NCBI GenBank assembly: GCA_937992175.1
Contig: CALKLF010000005.1
Span: 695 to 64,694 of the forward strand
Direction: 5' to 3'
DNA: 64,000 nt
DNA from: an uncultured Fimbriimonadales bacterium
Lineage (GTDB): Bacteria > Armatimonadota > Fimbriimonadia > Fimbriimonadales > GBS-DC
The position numbers were made by a program, and so were the translations under genes. Positions 27,077-36,054 of the stretch are shown one piece after another. Within the stretch, counting starts at the first letter, position 1, and every line of letters starts with the position of its first letter. Below the pieces are notes generated by a model, which was not told the DNA's origin, did not search any database, and was given only the letters and a program-made list of their open reading frames with translations.

Positions 27077-27571
27077 ATGCAAGAGGTCATGCAGTTCAGC
27101 GTCGCCGCGCTGACGCAGCTCGCGCGTTTTTGCACGGCGGGCGCGGGCGTCGGCGTCTCGGCATTTGAACTGGTGTCATTCGATCGTGCTTTGAGGCAGG
27201 CAGGTTTCGCCGATTACAATCTGTTGCGTGTGTCCAGCATCCTGCCTGCGGGAGTGCAATTACGCCCCACTGTCGAGGCTTCAAAGGGGAGTCTTTTGCC
27301 CATTGCCTACGGCGCGTTCAGCTCCGACGAAGACGGACGCGCCATCGCCGCCGCCGTATCGATGGCGTTTCCTGCGGAGCCGAATGCCGTTGGCGTCATT
27401 ATGGAAGCCGCGGGCTACATGACCGAGCGCGAAGCCCGCGAGCTGGTTGCGGCGATGGCGGAAGAGGCGATGGAAGACCGAAACCTCCCGATAGCGCGCT
27501 TGGAGGTGGTCTCTGTCGAGGCGCAGGTGGATCTTTACACGACGGTCTTTGCGGGCGTCGCGCTGTGGTAG
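27077..27571 (+). CDS. pdaD: Pyruvoyl-dependent arginine decarboxylase (PdaD family)
   Basis: The internal ATG at 27077 follows GGAGG. ...SAFELVSFDRALRQAGFADYNLLRVSSILP... carries the Ser-Ser self-cleavage site typical of PvlArgDC. ~164 aa. Confidence 0.7.
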   Translation: MQEVMQFSVAALTQLARFCTAGAGVGVSAFELVSFDRALRQAGFADYNLLRVSSILPAGVQLRPTVEASKGSLLPIAYGAFSSDEDGRAIAAAVSMAFPAEPNAVGVIMEAAGYMTEREARELVAAMAEEAMEDRNLPIARLEVVSVEAQVDLYTTVFAGVALW

Positions 27572-27582
27572 CCTAAGGATTC

Positions 27583-28488
27583 TCAAAAACGCGCCAGTCG
27601 CTCGAACTGGAGCGCGAGGTCGGCAATCACGGAGCGCAGGTCTGAGAGCAAGGGCAGCTGCGCGCGGGCAATCGCCACATCGTCTAAATCAAGAGGCGCC
27701 ACCAGCAACGCTTCTTGATTAAGGGGACCTTGCGCGATTGCCTTGCCAAAGGGGTTCACAATCCACGATGCGCCGACGAACCCCTTGCCGCCCTCGAATC
27801 CGACCAGGCTCGACTGCACCACATAGATAGTATGCTCGCCCCCAATCTGGGTGAGCATGCGCCGATACGCCTCCACATTTTCGATCTGCTCCGTATGGAA
27901 GCCGCGTGCGGGCGAGGCGGTAGGCACATACAGCACCTGTGCCCCCTTCAACGCAACAATCGCGCTGGTGATGGAATGCCATACATCTTCACAGATCAGG
28001 ATTGCGGCGCGCCCGAAGCGGGTCGGGAACACCTCCAGCCTTCTACCGCGCGCTACAAACCGCTCCTCCTCGAACACCCCGTAGGTCGGCAGGAAGAATT
28101 TCTGATGTACATGCAGGATATTCGATTGTGTAGGTTCTGGCTCTAAAGTTGCATAGAGCGCGGAGTTGAAGTATTCGCCGTCCAGATATTCGTAAAAGCC
28201 GATGCAGACATCGAGGGAGCGTTTCGGTTGCTGGTCGGCGTAGAGGCGTGCGAGGTCGTGGAGCAGCTGAGACGCGGGCATCGCCAGTTCGCGCACGCCG
28301 CCCTCAATAAAGTAACCCGTCGTCGCGGTTTCAGGCAACGCCAGCACATCGACGCCCTCCTGCAGCGACTGGCGCATCAGTTGCCCAATCCGCTCCAGAT
28401 TGCGCTCATAATGCCCCTTAGTGGGCTTGAACTGCCCCACGCCTACCTTGAACTGGCGTTGCGTGCCTTCTATGTGATGGATTGGCAT
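27583..28488 (-). CDS. Carbon-nitrogen hydrolase; probable glutaminase subunit of a two-gene glutamine-dependent NAD synthetase
   Basis: E-K-C triad contexts LPETATTGY, HQKFFLPTYGVFEEERFVARG and AILICEDVWH. The K-region matches the KxxLPxYxVFDExRYFxxG pattern of NadE glutaminase domains. The ATG lies 4 nt after the nadE stop. Confidence 0.7.
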   Translation of the reverse strand: MPIHHIEGTQRQFKVGVGQFKPTKGHYERNLERIGQLMRQSLQEGVDVLALPETATTGYFIEGGVRELAMPASQLLHDLARLYADQQPKRSLDVCIGFYEYLDGEYFNSALYATLEPEPTQSNILHVHQKFFLPTYGVFEEERFVARGRRLEVFPTRFGRAAILICEDVWHSITSAIVALKGAQVLYVPTASPARGFHTEQIENVEAYRRMLTQIGGEHTIYVVQSSLVGFEGGKGFVGASWIVNPFGKAIAQGPLNQEALLVAPLDLDDVAIARAQLPLLSDLRSVIADLALQFERLARF

Positions 28489-28492
28489 CGCT

Positions 28493-29359
28493 TTAAAAAT
28501 CTACAGGTCTTAGATAATACTCGCCGATAGCCGTGGTGGAGAGCATCGCCACAGTGGGCAAATGCCGCTTCCAATGGGTGCTGTCCACCTTGTTTTTCAC
28601 GAGGCGGACATCCACCTCAGGGAAGCCCATTTCGACAAGTCGTTCAGGCGAATAGCCCTGCGTGAGATAGTGCAGGATACGGTCGGCGCGCTGATAGGAG
28701 ATGCCGAAATCGCCCTCGTCGGTCTGCCCGACAATCAGATCGGCGGAGGCGGGCTTTTCCACAATCACCGATGGCACGCCCAGATAGCGCGCGAGTTGCC
28801 AGACCTGTGTTTTAAAAAGGTCGCCCAGCGGGTTCACTGGCGGGGCGTCGTCGGCGTGCCAGGTGAAATAGCCGAACAGTCGTTCGCTTTTGTTGCCCGT
28901 GCCAATCGGCAGCGCGTTCAGCTTCGCCGACTGGTCAAACAGGATAATCATCCGCATCCGAGCGCAGATGTTGCCGATTCGCGTGGGGCTCGCGTCGGGT
29001 TCGAACCGCTCCAGATAGGCGTCCACCATCGGCGTAATCTCAATCACGCGATGATGGATGCCCAGCTCATTCACTACCAGCATTCCATGCTCCAGCGATT
29101 GGGGGCTGCTGATTTTGTAGGGCATCAGGAAGGCGTACACATTTTCGGGACCGAACGCGCGGGCGCACAGGTAGGCGACCAGCGACGAATCCACACCGCC
29201 CGACAGCCCCAGCAACGCCTTCGAGAAGCCCCGACGCCGATGCACCTCGTCGCGCAGGAACTCAATCAGCCACTCGGCGACTAGCGGCGCGTTGATTTTC
29301 AGCGGCTCGTCCGAGTTCGGGTCGTAAATCGTCGGTTTGATGACAGGAAAAGTTTGCAT
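28493..29359 (-). CDS. nadE: NAD+ synthetase (synthetase domain only)
   Basis: LLGLSGGVDSSLVAYLCARA PP-loop; GTGNKSERLFGYFT. Start set to ATG 29359, preceded by AGGAGG embedded in the thiO 3' end. Confidence 0.9.
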   Translation of the reverse strand: MQTFPVIKPTIYDPNSDEPLKINAPLVAEWLIEFLRDEVHRRRGFSKALLGLSGGVDSSLVAYLCARAFGPENVYAFLMPYKISSPQSLEHGMLVVNELGIHHRVIEITPMVDAYLERFEPDASPTRIGNICARMRMIILFDQSAKLNALPIGTGNKSERLFGYFTWHADDAPPVNPLGDLFKTQVWQLARYLGVPSVIVEKPASADLIVGQTDEGDFGISYQRADRILHYLTQGYSPERLVEMGFPEVDVRLVKNKVDSTHWKRHLPTVAMLSTTAIGEYYLRPVDF

Positions 29360-29363
29360 CGTC

Positions 29364-30467
29364 TTACCTCCTAAAGCGGTTGGGGTCAAACGGCTCGATA
29401 GGCAGCGTCGTCTTGCCGTCCAGAAGCATGTCCGCGACGGCGCGAGCAGTGGCGGGCGCCATCAGGATGCCGTGATAGGCGTGCCCTGCCGCGAGATACA
29501 GCCCCTCGTAGCCCGCGATTGCGCCGATGTAGGGGCTATGGTCGGGCGTGTCGGGGCGCAGCCCCACCAGGTGCCTTATCACAGTTGCGTGGAGCAGGGC
29601 AGGGGCGATTCGAGCCAGCGACTGCAAAAGATAGGCGTAGCCCTCGGCGGTCGCGCGCAGGTCGAACCCCGCCTGCTCGCGCGTCGCGCCCATGAGTACC
29701 GTCCCGTCCGCGCGCGGCACGATATAGCCCATCGAAGAGGAGAGGATACTTTTCACAGGCGCGAGCAAATCGCCGAGTCGCAAAATCACGCCGCGCACGG
29801 GTTCAATCGGCGCGTGGATCCCCAGCGGCTGCAGGAGCGCGCTCGCCCAAGCACCTGCCGCAACGACGACCGCGTCACCCTCAATGATGTCAAGCGCTGT
29901 GCGCACGCCGTGAACTCGATTGTGAAGCCGCTCGAGGCACAGAGCGGGGGTTCCTGTGTATAAGTTTACGCCTGAAAGTTGCGCCGCACAGTGCAGAGCG
30001 CGCATCAGGCGTTCGGTGTTGACCCAGCCTTCGCTGGGCAGGTGGATTGCGCCTACGATCTCGTTGCTTAGGGTGGGTTGCCGTTCCAGAGCAGCGTGAG
30101 GTTCGAGCCAGGTCGCGTTCGGTTCGTAGCGGCGAATCCACTCGAAATTCTCAGACAGGTGAGTCGCATCGGCAGGGGTCAGAGCGACGCGCAAACAGCC
30201 GCCCTGCCGCCACTCCACATCGATGTGAGTGAGCGATTGGAGTTGGTGCGCCCATTCGGGATACATCTGCAGGCTGTGCAGATAGAAGGGCAGGGCAGGG
30301 GTCTCGTGCGGAGTGAGGCTAAACGGGTTTACCATGCCTGCCGACGCCGCCGAGGTATGCCCGCCTTCAGCCTGACCTTCAATCAGGGCGACTTCTGCTC
30401 CGCGCCGACGCAGTTCCAGCGCAATCGCGCTGCCGATAATCCCCGCTCCAACGACGATCACACGCAT
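29364..30467 (-). CDS. thiO: FAD-dependent glycine oxidase
   Basis: MRVIVVGAGIIGSAIALELRRRG dinucleotide fold. 367 aa. Immediately downstream of thiS. Confidence 0.75.
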   Translation of the reverse strand: MRVIVVGAGIIGSAIALELRRRGAEVALIEGQAEGGHTSAASAGMVNPFSLTPHETPALPFYLHSLQMYPEWAHQLQSLTHIDVEWRQGGCLRVALTPADATHLSENFEWIRRYEPNATWLEPHAALERQPTLSNEIVGAIHLPSEGWVNTERLMRALHCAAQLSGVNLYTGTPALCLERLHNRVHGVRTALDIIEGDAVVVAAGAWASALLQPLGIHAPIEPVRGVILRLGDLLAPVKSILSSSMGYIVPRADGTVLMGATREQAGFDLRATAEGYAYLLQSLARIAPALLHATVIRHLVGLRPDTPDHSPYIGAIAGYEGLYLAAGHAYHGILMAPATARAVADMLLDGKTTLPIEPFDPNRFRR

Positions 30468-30468
30468 A

Positions 30469-30669
30469 TTAGCCCCCCGCTGTCATCTGAACAATCTCGA
30501 GGTTATCGCCCTCGCGGAGAGTAATCTCGCCGTAGCGTTCGCGGGGCAGGATTTCGTAGTTATATTCCACCACCACGGTGCGCGGATCGACGCCGCGTTC
30601 CTGAAGCAGCTGGAGCAGGGTAGTCGACTCAGGCAGTTCGCGCTCTTTGCCGTTAATGCGTACCAGCAT
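30469..30669 (-). CDS. thiS: Thiamine-biosynthesis sulfur-carrier protein ThiS
   Basis: 66 aa. MLVRINGKERELPE...EIVQMTAGG* with a C-terminal Gly-Gly. Confidence 0.85.
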   Translation of the reverse strand: MLVRINGKERELPESTTLLQLLQERGVDPRTVVVEYNYEILPRERYGEITLREGDNLEIVQMTAGG

Positions 30670-30678
30670 GGACAGCCA

Positions 30679-30684
30679 ATTATA
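30679..30684 (-). promoter_or_regulatory. -10 box TATAAT, 9 nt upstream of the thiS ATG; leaderless-type promoter
   Basis: Minus strand reads caGGTATAATtggctgtccATG. Confidence 0.5.
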
Positions 30685-30778
30685 CCTGATTGGGGGATTC
30701 GTCGGCTCGGCGCATGAGAACTTCCAGGTTCCACACGGGCGTAAGCAGGCGTCCTGTCGCGATAAGCGCCGCCCGCGC

Positions 30779-30922
30779 CTACTTTTGCATCTCCACGATA
30801 ATGCGCGGCTTTTCCTCTGGGGTCAGCTGCGCCAGCTGACGGCGTCGCGCCTCCTTGAACTCCAGCACGCGACGCACCACCTCAGGCAAATCCTCTACAT
30901 CTGGCTTCTGAATTGGTTCCAT
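30779..30922 (-). CDS. Small ORF (47 aa), hypothetical; overlaps the end of the 75-aa ORF
   Basis: Translated by hand and not in the ORF track: MEPIQKPDVEDLPEVVRRVLEFKEARRRQLAQLTPEEKPRIIVEMQK*. It overlaps the upstream ORF by 28 nt. Confidence 0.3.
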   Translation of the reverse strand: MEPIQKPDVEDLPEVVRRVLEFKEARRRQLAQLTPEEKPRIIVEMQK

Positions 30923-31122
30923 CGCTCAATCAAGCCATGTCGAGTGAGAATGTCGATAAGTTTGTTCTCGCCGAGAGACGCCTGTTGCCAGAGCAGGCGT
31001 GCGCGTTCGCGATCCTTATCAGGCTCCGTATAGAACACCAGCGCGGACGCACCCCCCAGTACAAAAGCGCGTATCACGCCATGCGCCTGTAGCTCGCGAA
31101 ACGCTTGAATTGCCATGTTCAC
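30895..31122 (-). CDS. Small hypothetical protein (75 aa)
   Basis: MNMAIQAFRELQAHGVIRAFVLGGASALVFYTEP... The VLGGASAL segment loosely recalls nucleotidyltransferase-fold N-termini. The GTG start lies 6 nt downstream of GGGTACACT. Confidence 0.4.
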   Translation of the reverse strand: MNMAIQAFRELQAHGVIRAFVLGGASALVFYTEPDKDRERARLLWQQASLGENKLIDILTRHGLIERWNQFRSQM

Positions 31123-31128
31123 ATCGAA

Positions 31129-31134
31129 AGTGTA
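31129..31134 (-). promoter_or_regulatory. -10 box TACACT, 6 nt upstream of the GTG of the 75-aa ORF
   Basis: Minus strand reads agGGTACACTttcgatGTG. Confidence 0.4.
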
Positions 31135-31140
31135 CCCTGA

Positions 31141-31171
31141 AGCAAAAGGGCTGAAGCGGTCGCTTCAGCCC
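31141..31171 (-). terminator. Rho-independent-type terminator on the minus strand with no annotated gene upstream
   Basis: Perfect 10-bp stem gggctgaagc/gcttcagccc with a 4-nt loop, followed on the minus strand by TTTTGCTT. Confidence 0.45.
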
Positions 31172-31287
31172 CACGCTCGTGCCTCATAAGTGTATGGTCG
31201 CGACCTCCTTATGAGGGCAGGCTTTGCTCTCCATCCGTAGTTCCTCTAACAGCAACTTTCGTGCCAAACGATTCGAGTAGGGCAAGG

Positions 31288-31293
31288 TATCCT
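31288..31293 (+). promoter_or_regulatory. -10 box TATCCT, 7 nt upstream of the rmlB ATG; leaderless-type promoter
   Basis: Reads aaGGTATCCTatggcatATG. Confidence 0.4.
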
Positions 31294-31300
31294 ATGGCAT

Positions 31301-32314
31301 ATGGGCAAGATTGTGCTGATTACGGGCGGCGCAGGGTTTATCGGCAGTCATTTCACGGAGTACCTCATCCAGAAGTACCCCGACTATCAGGTTCGCGTGC
31401 TGGACGCGCTGACCTATGCAGGCAGGCGCGAGAACCTCGCCGCAGTGGAAGGCAACTCTCGCTTTGCTTTTATTCACGGCGATGTGCGGGACAAGCAGGG
31501 CGTGGAGCAAGCGATGCAGGGCGTGAACTATGTCGTCCATTTCGCCGCCGAGACCCACGTTGACCGCTCGATTCTGGAGCCTGACGCCTTTATTACCACG
31601 GATGTCTACGGAACCTTTGTGATGCTGGAGACGGCGCGGCGGGTCGGCGTGGAACGATTCGTGCATGTCAGCACGGATGAGGTCTACGGCTCGGCGGAGC
31701 GAGGGGAGTTTACCGAACTGTCGCCACTGCAGCCCAGCAGCCCCTACGCCGCGAGCAAAGCGGGGGCGGATCTGCTCGCGCAGGCGTACTATCGCACTTA
31801 CGGCGTCCCCGTGCTGATTGTGCGCCCCAGCAACACCTTTGGATCACGCCAGTACCCTGAGAAACTCATCCCATTTTTCACCGTGCGTGCCCTGCATGAC
31901 GAACCCCTGCCGCTCTATGGGGATGGGCAACAGCGCCGCGACTGGCTCTATGTGGGCGATCATGTGCGCGCCATCGATACAGTGCTTCATCAAGGAAATA
32001 TCGGCGAAGCCTACAACATTGCAGGGGGCAATGAGCGCACGAATATAGAGGTTTCACGCCTAATCTTAAACACACTGGGCAAGCCAGAGAGCCTGATTCA
32101 GTTCGTGCAGGATCGTCCTGGTCACGACCGCCGCTATGCGCTAGATGACTCCAAACTCCGCGCGCTGGGCTGGAAGCCTGAAGCCGAGTTCGAGACCGCG
32201 TTGCACGAGACGGTGTTGTGGTACGCCCAGCATCCTGAATGGTGGCAGCCGATTCTGCAGAAGCAAGCGGAGTATCGGCGGTTTGTGGAGCAGTGGTATT
32301 CTCAGCGTGGATGA
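31301..32314 (+). CDS. rmlB: dTDP-glucose 4,6-dehydratase
   Basis: MGKIVLITGGAGFIGSHF; SPYAASKAGADLL (YxxxK); PLYGDGQQRRDWLYVGDH. Confidence 0.9.
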   Translation: MGKIVLITGGAGFIGSHFTEYLIQKYPDYQVRVLDALTYAGRRENLAAVEGNSRFAFIHGDVRDKQGVEQAMQGVNYVVHFAAETHVDRSILEPDAFITTDVYGTFVMLETARRVGVERFVHVSTDEVYGSAERGEFTELSPLQPSSPYAASKAGADLLAQAYYRTYGVPVLIVRPSNTFGSRQYPEKLIPFFTVRALHDEPLPLYGDGQQRRDWLYVGDHVRAIDTVLHQGNIGEAYNIAGGNERTNIEVSRLILNTLGKPESLIQFVQDRPGHDRRYALDDSKLRALGWKPEAEFETALHETVLWYAQHPEWWQPILQKQAEYRRFVEQWYSQRG

Positions 32315-32386
32315 ACCCGACAACTGGTGAAATCAGGCAGGAAATAAGTGTCTTTCCGTGAACATTAGTTGCAGAGGTATGCAACG

Positions 32387-34195
32387 ATGCAGAACGGTTT
32401 TGTCGTGAACCCGCCTGTGAACCGCTTACAGGGCACGCTGCCGAAGGTGGGCATTCGCCCCGTGATTGATGGACGCCGACAGGGCGTGCGCGAGAGTATA
32501 GAAGCCGCCACAATGCAGATGGCGCACGCTGCAGCAAAACTCATTACCGAGAACCTGCGCCACGCTTGCGGACTGCCTGTGGAGTGCGTGATTGCCGATA
32601 CCTGCATCGGCGGGATAGCCGAAGCCGCCGCGTGCGAGGCGAAGTTCGAGCGCGAGGGCGTCGGCGTGAGCCTCACGGTCGCGCGCAGCTGGTGCTACGG
32701 CTACGAGGTGATGGATACCCACCCCACGCGCCCCAAAGCCATCTGGGGCTTCAACGGCACGGAACGCCCCGGCGCCGTGTTTCTGGCAGCAGCGATGGCA
32801 GCGCACGCTAATAAGAAACTGCCTGCCTTCAGCATCTACGGGCGCGATGTGCAGGACGCCGACGACTTCAGCATCCCCCCCGATGTGGCGGAGCGACTGC
32901 TCCAGTTCGTGCGCTGCGGAATCGCCGTCGCCACGATGCAAGGTAAAACCTACGCCTCGATGGGCAATGTGTCGATGGGCATCGTCGGCTCGCTGGTGGA
33001 TCAGAACTTCCTGCAGCACTACCTCGGCATGCGCACGATGACCATCGACATGGTGGAGTTCGTGCGCCGCATGGAACGCGGGATTTACGACCCCGACGAG
33101 TTCGAACGCGCCTATCAGTGGGTAAAAACTTATTGCAAAGAGGGCAAGGACTATAACCCTCCTGAGAAGCAACTCTCGCCAGAGCAAAAAGAGCGCACCT
33201 GGCGACAGAGCATCCAGATGGCGTTGATTGCCCGCGACCTGATGGTGGGCAACCCCAAACTCGCCGAGCTGGGCTACGAGGAAGAAGCGCAGGGCTACAA
33301 CGCGATTGCAGGCGGCTTTCAGGGGCAACGCCAGTGGACGGATCACCTGCCCAACGGCGACTTTATGGAGGCGATTCTCTGCTCCAGCTTCGACTGGAAC
33401 GGCATCCGCCAGCCGTACATCTTAGCCACCGAGAACGACTACCTGAACGGCGTGTGTATGCTATTCGGGCATTTGCTGACGGGCGCGGCGCAGATTTTCG
33501 CCGATGTGCGCACCTACTGGTCGCCCGACGCAGTGCAGCGCGTCACGGGCTGGACACCGACGGGCATCGCAGAGGGCGGCTTTCTGCACCTGATTAACTC
33601 AGGTCCCGCCGCGCTGGACGGCACGGGCGAGCAAACCCTGCCTGACGGAACTCCTACAATGAAAGCCTGGTGGGAAGTCTCACCCGAAGAAGCCGAACGG
33701 TGTCTACAGGCGACCACATGGCACTGCGGGATGCTGGAATATTTCCGCGGCGGGGGCTGGAGTACCCGCTTTCACACGCGCGGGGGCATGCCCGCCACGA
33801 TGTTCCGACTGAATATTGTGGATGGACTGGGACCCGTGATGCAAATCGCCGAGGGCTACACGATAGAGCTGCCCGACGCGGTTCACACTGCGCTGGACGA
33901 GCGCACGAACCCCACCTGGCCCACCACATGGTTCGTACCGCGCACCACGGGGCACGGTGCGTTTCGGGATGTGTATACTGTGATGGCGCGCTGGGGGGCG
34001 AACCACTGCGTGCTGAGCGCAGGGCATATCGGCGACGCGCTCATTACCCTCTGCTCGATGCTGCGCATTCCTGTGGCGATGCATAACCTACCCCCTGAGC
34101 GCATTTTCCGCCCGCATCAGTGGGGCATGTTCGGCACTTCGGACGCTGAGAGCGCGGACTATCGGGCGTGCGCGGCGTATGGGGCGCTTTATTAG
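32387..34195 (+). CDS. fucI: L-fucose isomerase
   Basis: [29 protein letters not shown]...[28 protein letters not shown] closely parallels enterobacterial FucI (from memory). The ATG at 32387 was chosen over the TTG at 32369. Confidence 0.85.
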   Translation: MQNGFVVNPPVNRLQGTLPKVGIRPVIDGRRQGVRESIEAATMQMAHAAAKLITENLRHACGLPVECVIADTCIGGIAEAAACEAKFEREGVGVSLTVARSWCYGYEVMDTHPTRPKAIWGFNGTERPGAVFLAAAMAAHANKKLPAFSIYGRDVQDADDFSIPPDVAERLLQFVRCGIAVATMQGKTYASMGNVSMGIVGSLVDQNFLQHYLGMRTMTIDMVEFVRRMERGIYDPDEFERAYQWVKTYCKEGKDYNPPEKQLSPEQKERTWRQSIQMALIARDLMVGNPKLAELGYEEEAQGYNAIAGGFQGQRQWTDHLPNGDFMEAILCSSFDWNGIRQPYILATENDYLNGVCMLFGHLLTGAAQIFADVRTYWSPDAVQRVTGWTPTGIAEGGFLHLINSGPAALDGTGEQTLPDGTPTMKAWWEVSPEEAERCLQATTWHCGMLEYFRGGGWSTRFHTRGGMPATMFRLNIVDGLGPVMQIAEGYTIELPDAVHTALDERTNPTWPTTWFVPRTTGHGAFRDVYTVMARWGANHCVLSAGHIGDALITLCSMLRIPVAMHNLPPERIFRPHQWGMFGTSDAESADYRACAAYGALY

Positions 34196-34296
34196 CGTCT
34201 ACACAGTGAAAACGCCTGTTTCAGATGCGACGGCATTCCTGCTGTTGCGGGGCAAGTAGGGGCTGACCGTGCAACGGTACGGATTGTCATAGAGTA

Positions 34297-34785
34297 CTAA
34301 CCTTTCGGAAACTCAGGGTGCATCCGAATCAGCCAGATTTGCCCCGTATGATAGGCGGCGTGCTGCGCCACGCGAACCAGCCCCTCGCGCCCCGTAATCG
34401 CGTCGCCGATGGGGCTGCGCAACGGCTTGGCTAACTGCTCTGGCGTGGGCGATTCGATAATCGGCGCGAGTTGCTCGTAAGAAAGGCTCAGCGCCCGCGC
34501 CACATCCTGCGCGTTGCAGAGCGACGGCGAGAGGGGAAACGGCTTCTCGTTCAGAAACGAGTCGGTGCAGCACGCCAGCACGCCCGCTTCGAACGCATCG
34601 GCAGGCTGCCAGTCGCCTAAGCGATGCGCCCAGTAAAGCTCCGCGCCCGCCACATGATAAAGATACTCGGCGATGGAGCGTGCGCCTTCAAACATCCGCC
34701 AGTTGAGCTGCATGTCGGTTAGCCCCTCGACTGCTTGTGCCAGTCGAACCCGCGTGAATTGCCAGATTATTGCCGTGTCGTTCAT
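34297..34785 (-). CDS. DinB-family (DinB_2) metal-dependent protein
   Basis: IAEYLYHVAGAELYW and VAQHAAYHTGQIWLIR. The ATG at 34785 lies 1 nt after the stop of the upstream small ORF. Confidence 0.7.
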   Translation of the reverse strand: MNDTAIIWQFTRVRLAQAVEGLTDMQLNWRMFEGARSIAEYLYHVAGAELYWAHRLGDWQPADAFEAGVLACCTDSFLNEKPFPLSPSLCNAQDVARALSLSYEQLAPIIESPTPEQLAKPLRSPIGDAITGREGLVRVAQHAAYHTGQIWLIRMHPEFPKG

Positions 34786-34786
34786 C

Positions 34787-35005
34787 TTAGTCATCCAGCA
34801 TATCGTAGTATTCGCGCTCACGCAGGGCAGCGCGCCGCTTCCAATGGCGGTACAAGCCGTATACGATGAACCCCGCGCCGACGAGGATCACCAGCGGGAA
34901 GAGCGCCAACACCACCCGCAGCCCCAGCGTAAAGATCGACAGCCCTACTCGCGCCAGTATCGCCAGCGCGAGGATGGCTAACCCAATCCGAACCCAGCGG
35001 TTCAT
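34787..35005 (-). CDS. Small two-TM membrane protein (72 aa)
   Basis: Two hydrophobic helices: IGLAILALAILARVGLSIF and LALFPLVILVGAGFIVYGL. ATGA overlap with the upstream ORF. Confidence 0.5.
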   Translation of the reverse strand: MNRWVRIGLAILALAILARVGLSIFTLGLRVVLALFPLVILVGAGFIVYGLYRHWKRRAALREREYYDMLDD

Positions 35006-35253
35006 CGTTTATCCTGTACCGATGTGCTCGCGGAGGTCTCCTGAGTCGTGGCAGCGGTGTCGTTGGCGATGGGCTTCGGTTTTCCGCTCTTTTGCATTTC
35101 CACGAACAGCCCAATCAAGATGAGCGCGACGCCCACCCCCGCCGCCCACGGCAGAAACCACTCGATCGTGCGGATAATCTGCCCTCCGATGTACAGCAGC
35201 GCCGCCGCCGCCACCACGAGCACGCCGACATAAATCAGTCTGTTGCGCGGCAT
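35002..35253 (-). CDS. Small two-TM membrane protein (83 aa)
   Basis: LIYVGVLVVAAAALLYIGG and WAAGVGVALILIGLFV. ATG lies 6 nt downstream of GGTATACT. Confidence 0.5.
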   Translation of the reverse strand: MPRNRLIYVGVLVVAAAALLYIGGQIIRTIEWFLPWAAGVGVALILIGLFVEMQKSGKPKPIANDTAATTQETSASTSVQDKR

Positions 35254-35259
35254 AACCTG

Positions 35260-35265
35260 AGTATA
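35260..35265 (-). promoter_or_regulatory. -10 box TATACT, 6 nt upstream of the ATG of the 83-aa membrane protein
   Basis: Minus strand reads caGGTATACTcaggttATG. It lies in the 18-nt gap after the pstB stop. Confidence 0.4.
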
Positions 35266-35271
35266 CCTGAA

Positions 35272-36054
35272 CTATCCGAATCGCCCACGAATATAGTCTT
35301 CGGTCTCCTGCTTTTGCGGGCGTTCGAAGAGCTGGGTCGTCTCGCCCCACTCCACTACCTCGCCATACATCAGGAAACCCGTGTAGTGGCTGATGCGCGC
35401 CGCTTGCTGGAGATTGTGCGTCACGACAATCACTGTGTATTGCTTGCCCAGCTCAACAATCAACTCCTCGATTTTCTGGGTGCTGATGGGGTCTAACGCA
35501 CTACAGGGTTCATCCATCAACAGGATACGGGGCTGCACGGCAAGCATGCGGGCGATGCAAAGCCGTTGCTGCTGCCCACCTGAAAGCGCAAGTCCGTTCT
35601 TTTTGAGGTCGTCTTTCACTTCGTCCCAAAGGGCGGCTTTGCGCAGGGCGTCTTCCACCACCTCTTCCAGCACACGCCCTTTCAGTCCGTAGTGCAGGCG
35701 CGGTCCCAGCGCGACATTTTCAAAAATGCTCATTGGGAACGGGTTCGGCTTCTGGAACACCATGCCCACCTCGCGGCGCAGGCGCGTGAGGTTCATACGG
35801 CGGTCATAGATGTCTTTGCCGTCAATCAGTACCTTGCCCTGCACCTGCGCGTCGGGGATGCGGTCGTTCATGCGGTTGAGGGCGCGTAGCAGCGTGCTTT
35901 TACCGCAGCCGCTGGGTCCAATCAGCGCGGTCACGGTGTTCTCGTAGAACTCGGCGTTCACCGCCTTGAGCGCGGGTTTGCCGTTATACGAGACCGACAG
36001 GTCAATCGTCTGAATTGCCGTTTTCGCTTTGGTGGGGGTCATGGCTGCAATCAT
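35272..36054 (-). CDS. pstB: Phosphate ABC transporter ATP-binding protein
   Basis: GPSGCGKSTLLRALNRMND, LSGGQQQRLCIAR, LLMDEP. ATGA overlap with the pstA stop sets the start at 36054. Confidence 0.95.
   Translation of the reverse strand: MIAAMTPTKAKTAIQTIDLSVSYNGKPALKAVNAEFYENTVTALIGPSGCGKSTLLRALNRMNDRIPDAQVQGKVLIDGKDIYDRRMNLTRLRREVGMVFQKPNPFPMSIFENVALGPRLHYGLKGRVLEEVVEDALRKAALWDEVKDDLKKNGLALSGGQQQRLCIARMLAVQPRILLMDEPCSALDPISTQKIEELIVELGKQYTVIVVTHNLQQAARISHYTGFLMYGEVVEWGETTQLFERPQKQETEDYIRGRFG

Noticed and set aside
30670-30800. A TPP (THI-box) riboswitch would be expected upstream of thiS-thiO.
   Set aside because: The minus-strand sequence lacks the conserved CUGAGA and ACCUGAUCUGGAUAAUGCCAGCG-type cores. 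A TATAAT box sits only 9 nt from the ATG, leaving no room for a leader. cmsearch with RF00059 would be decisive.
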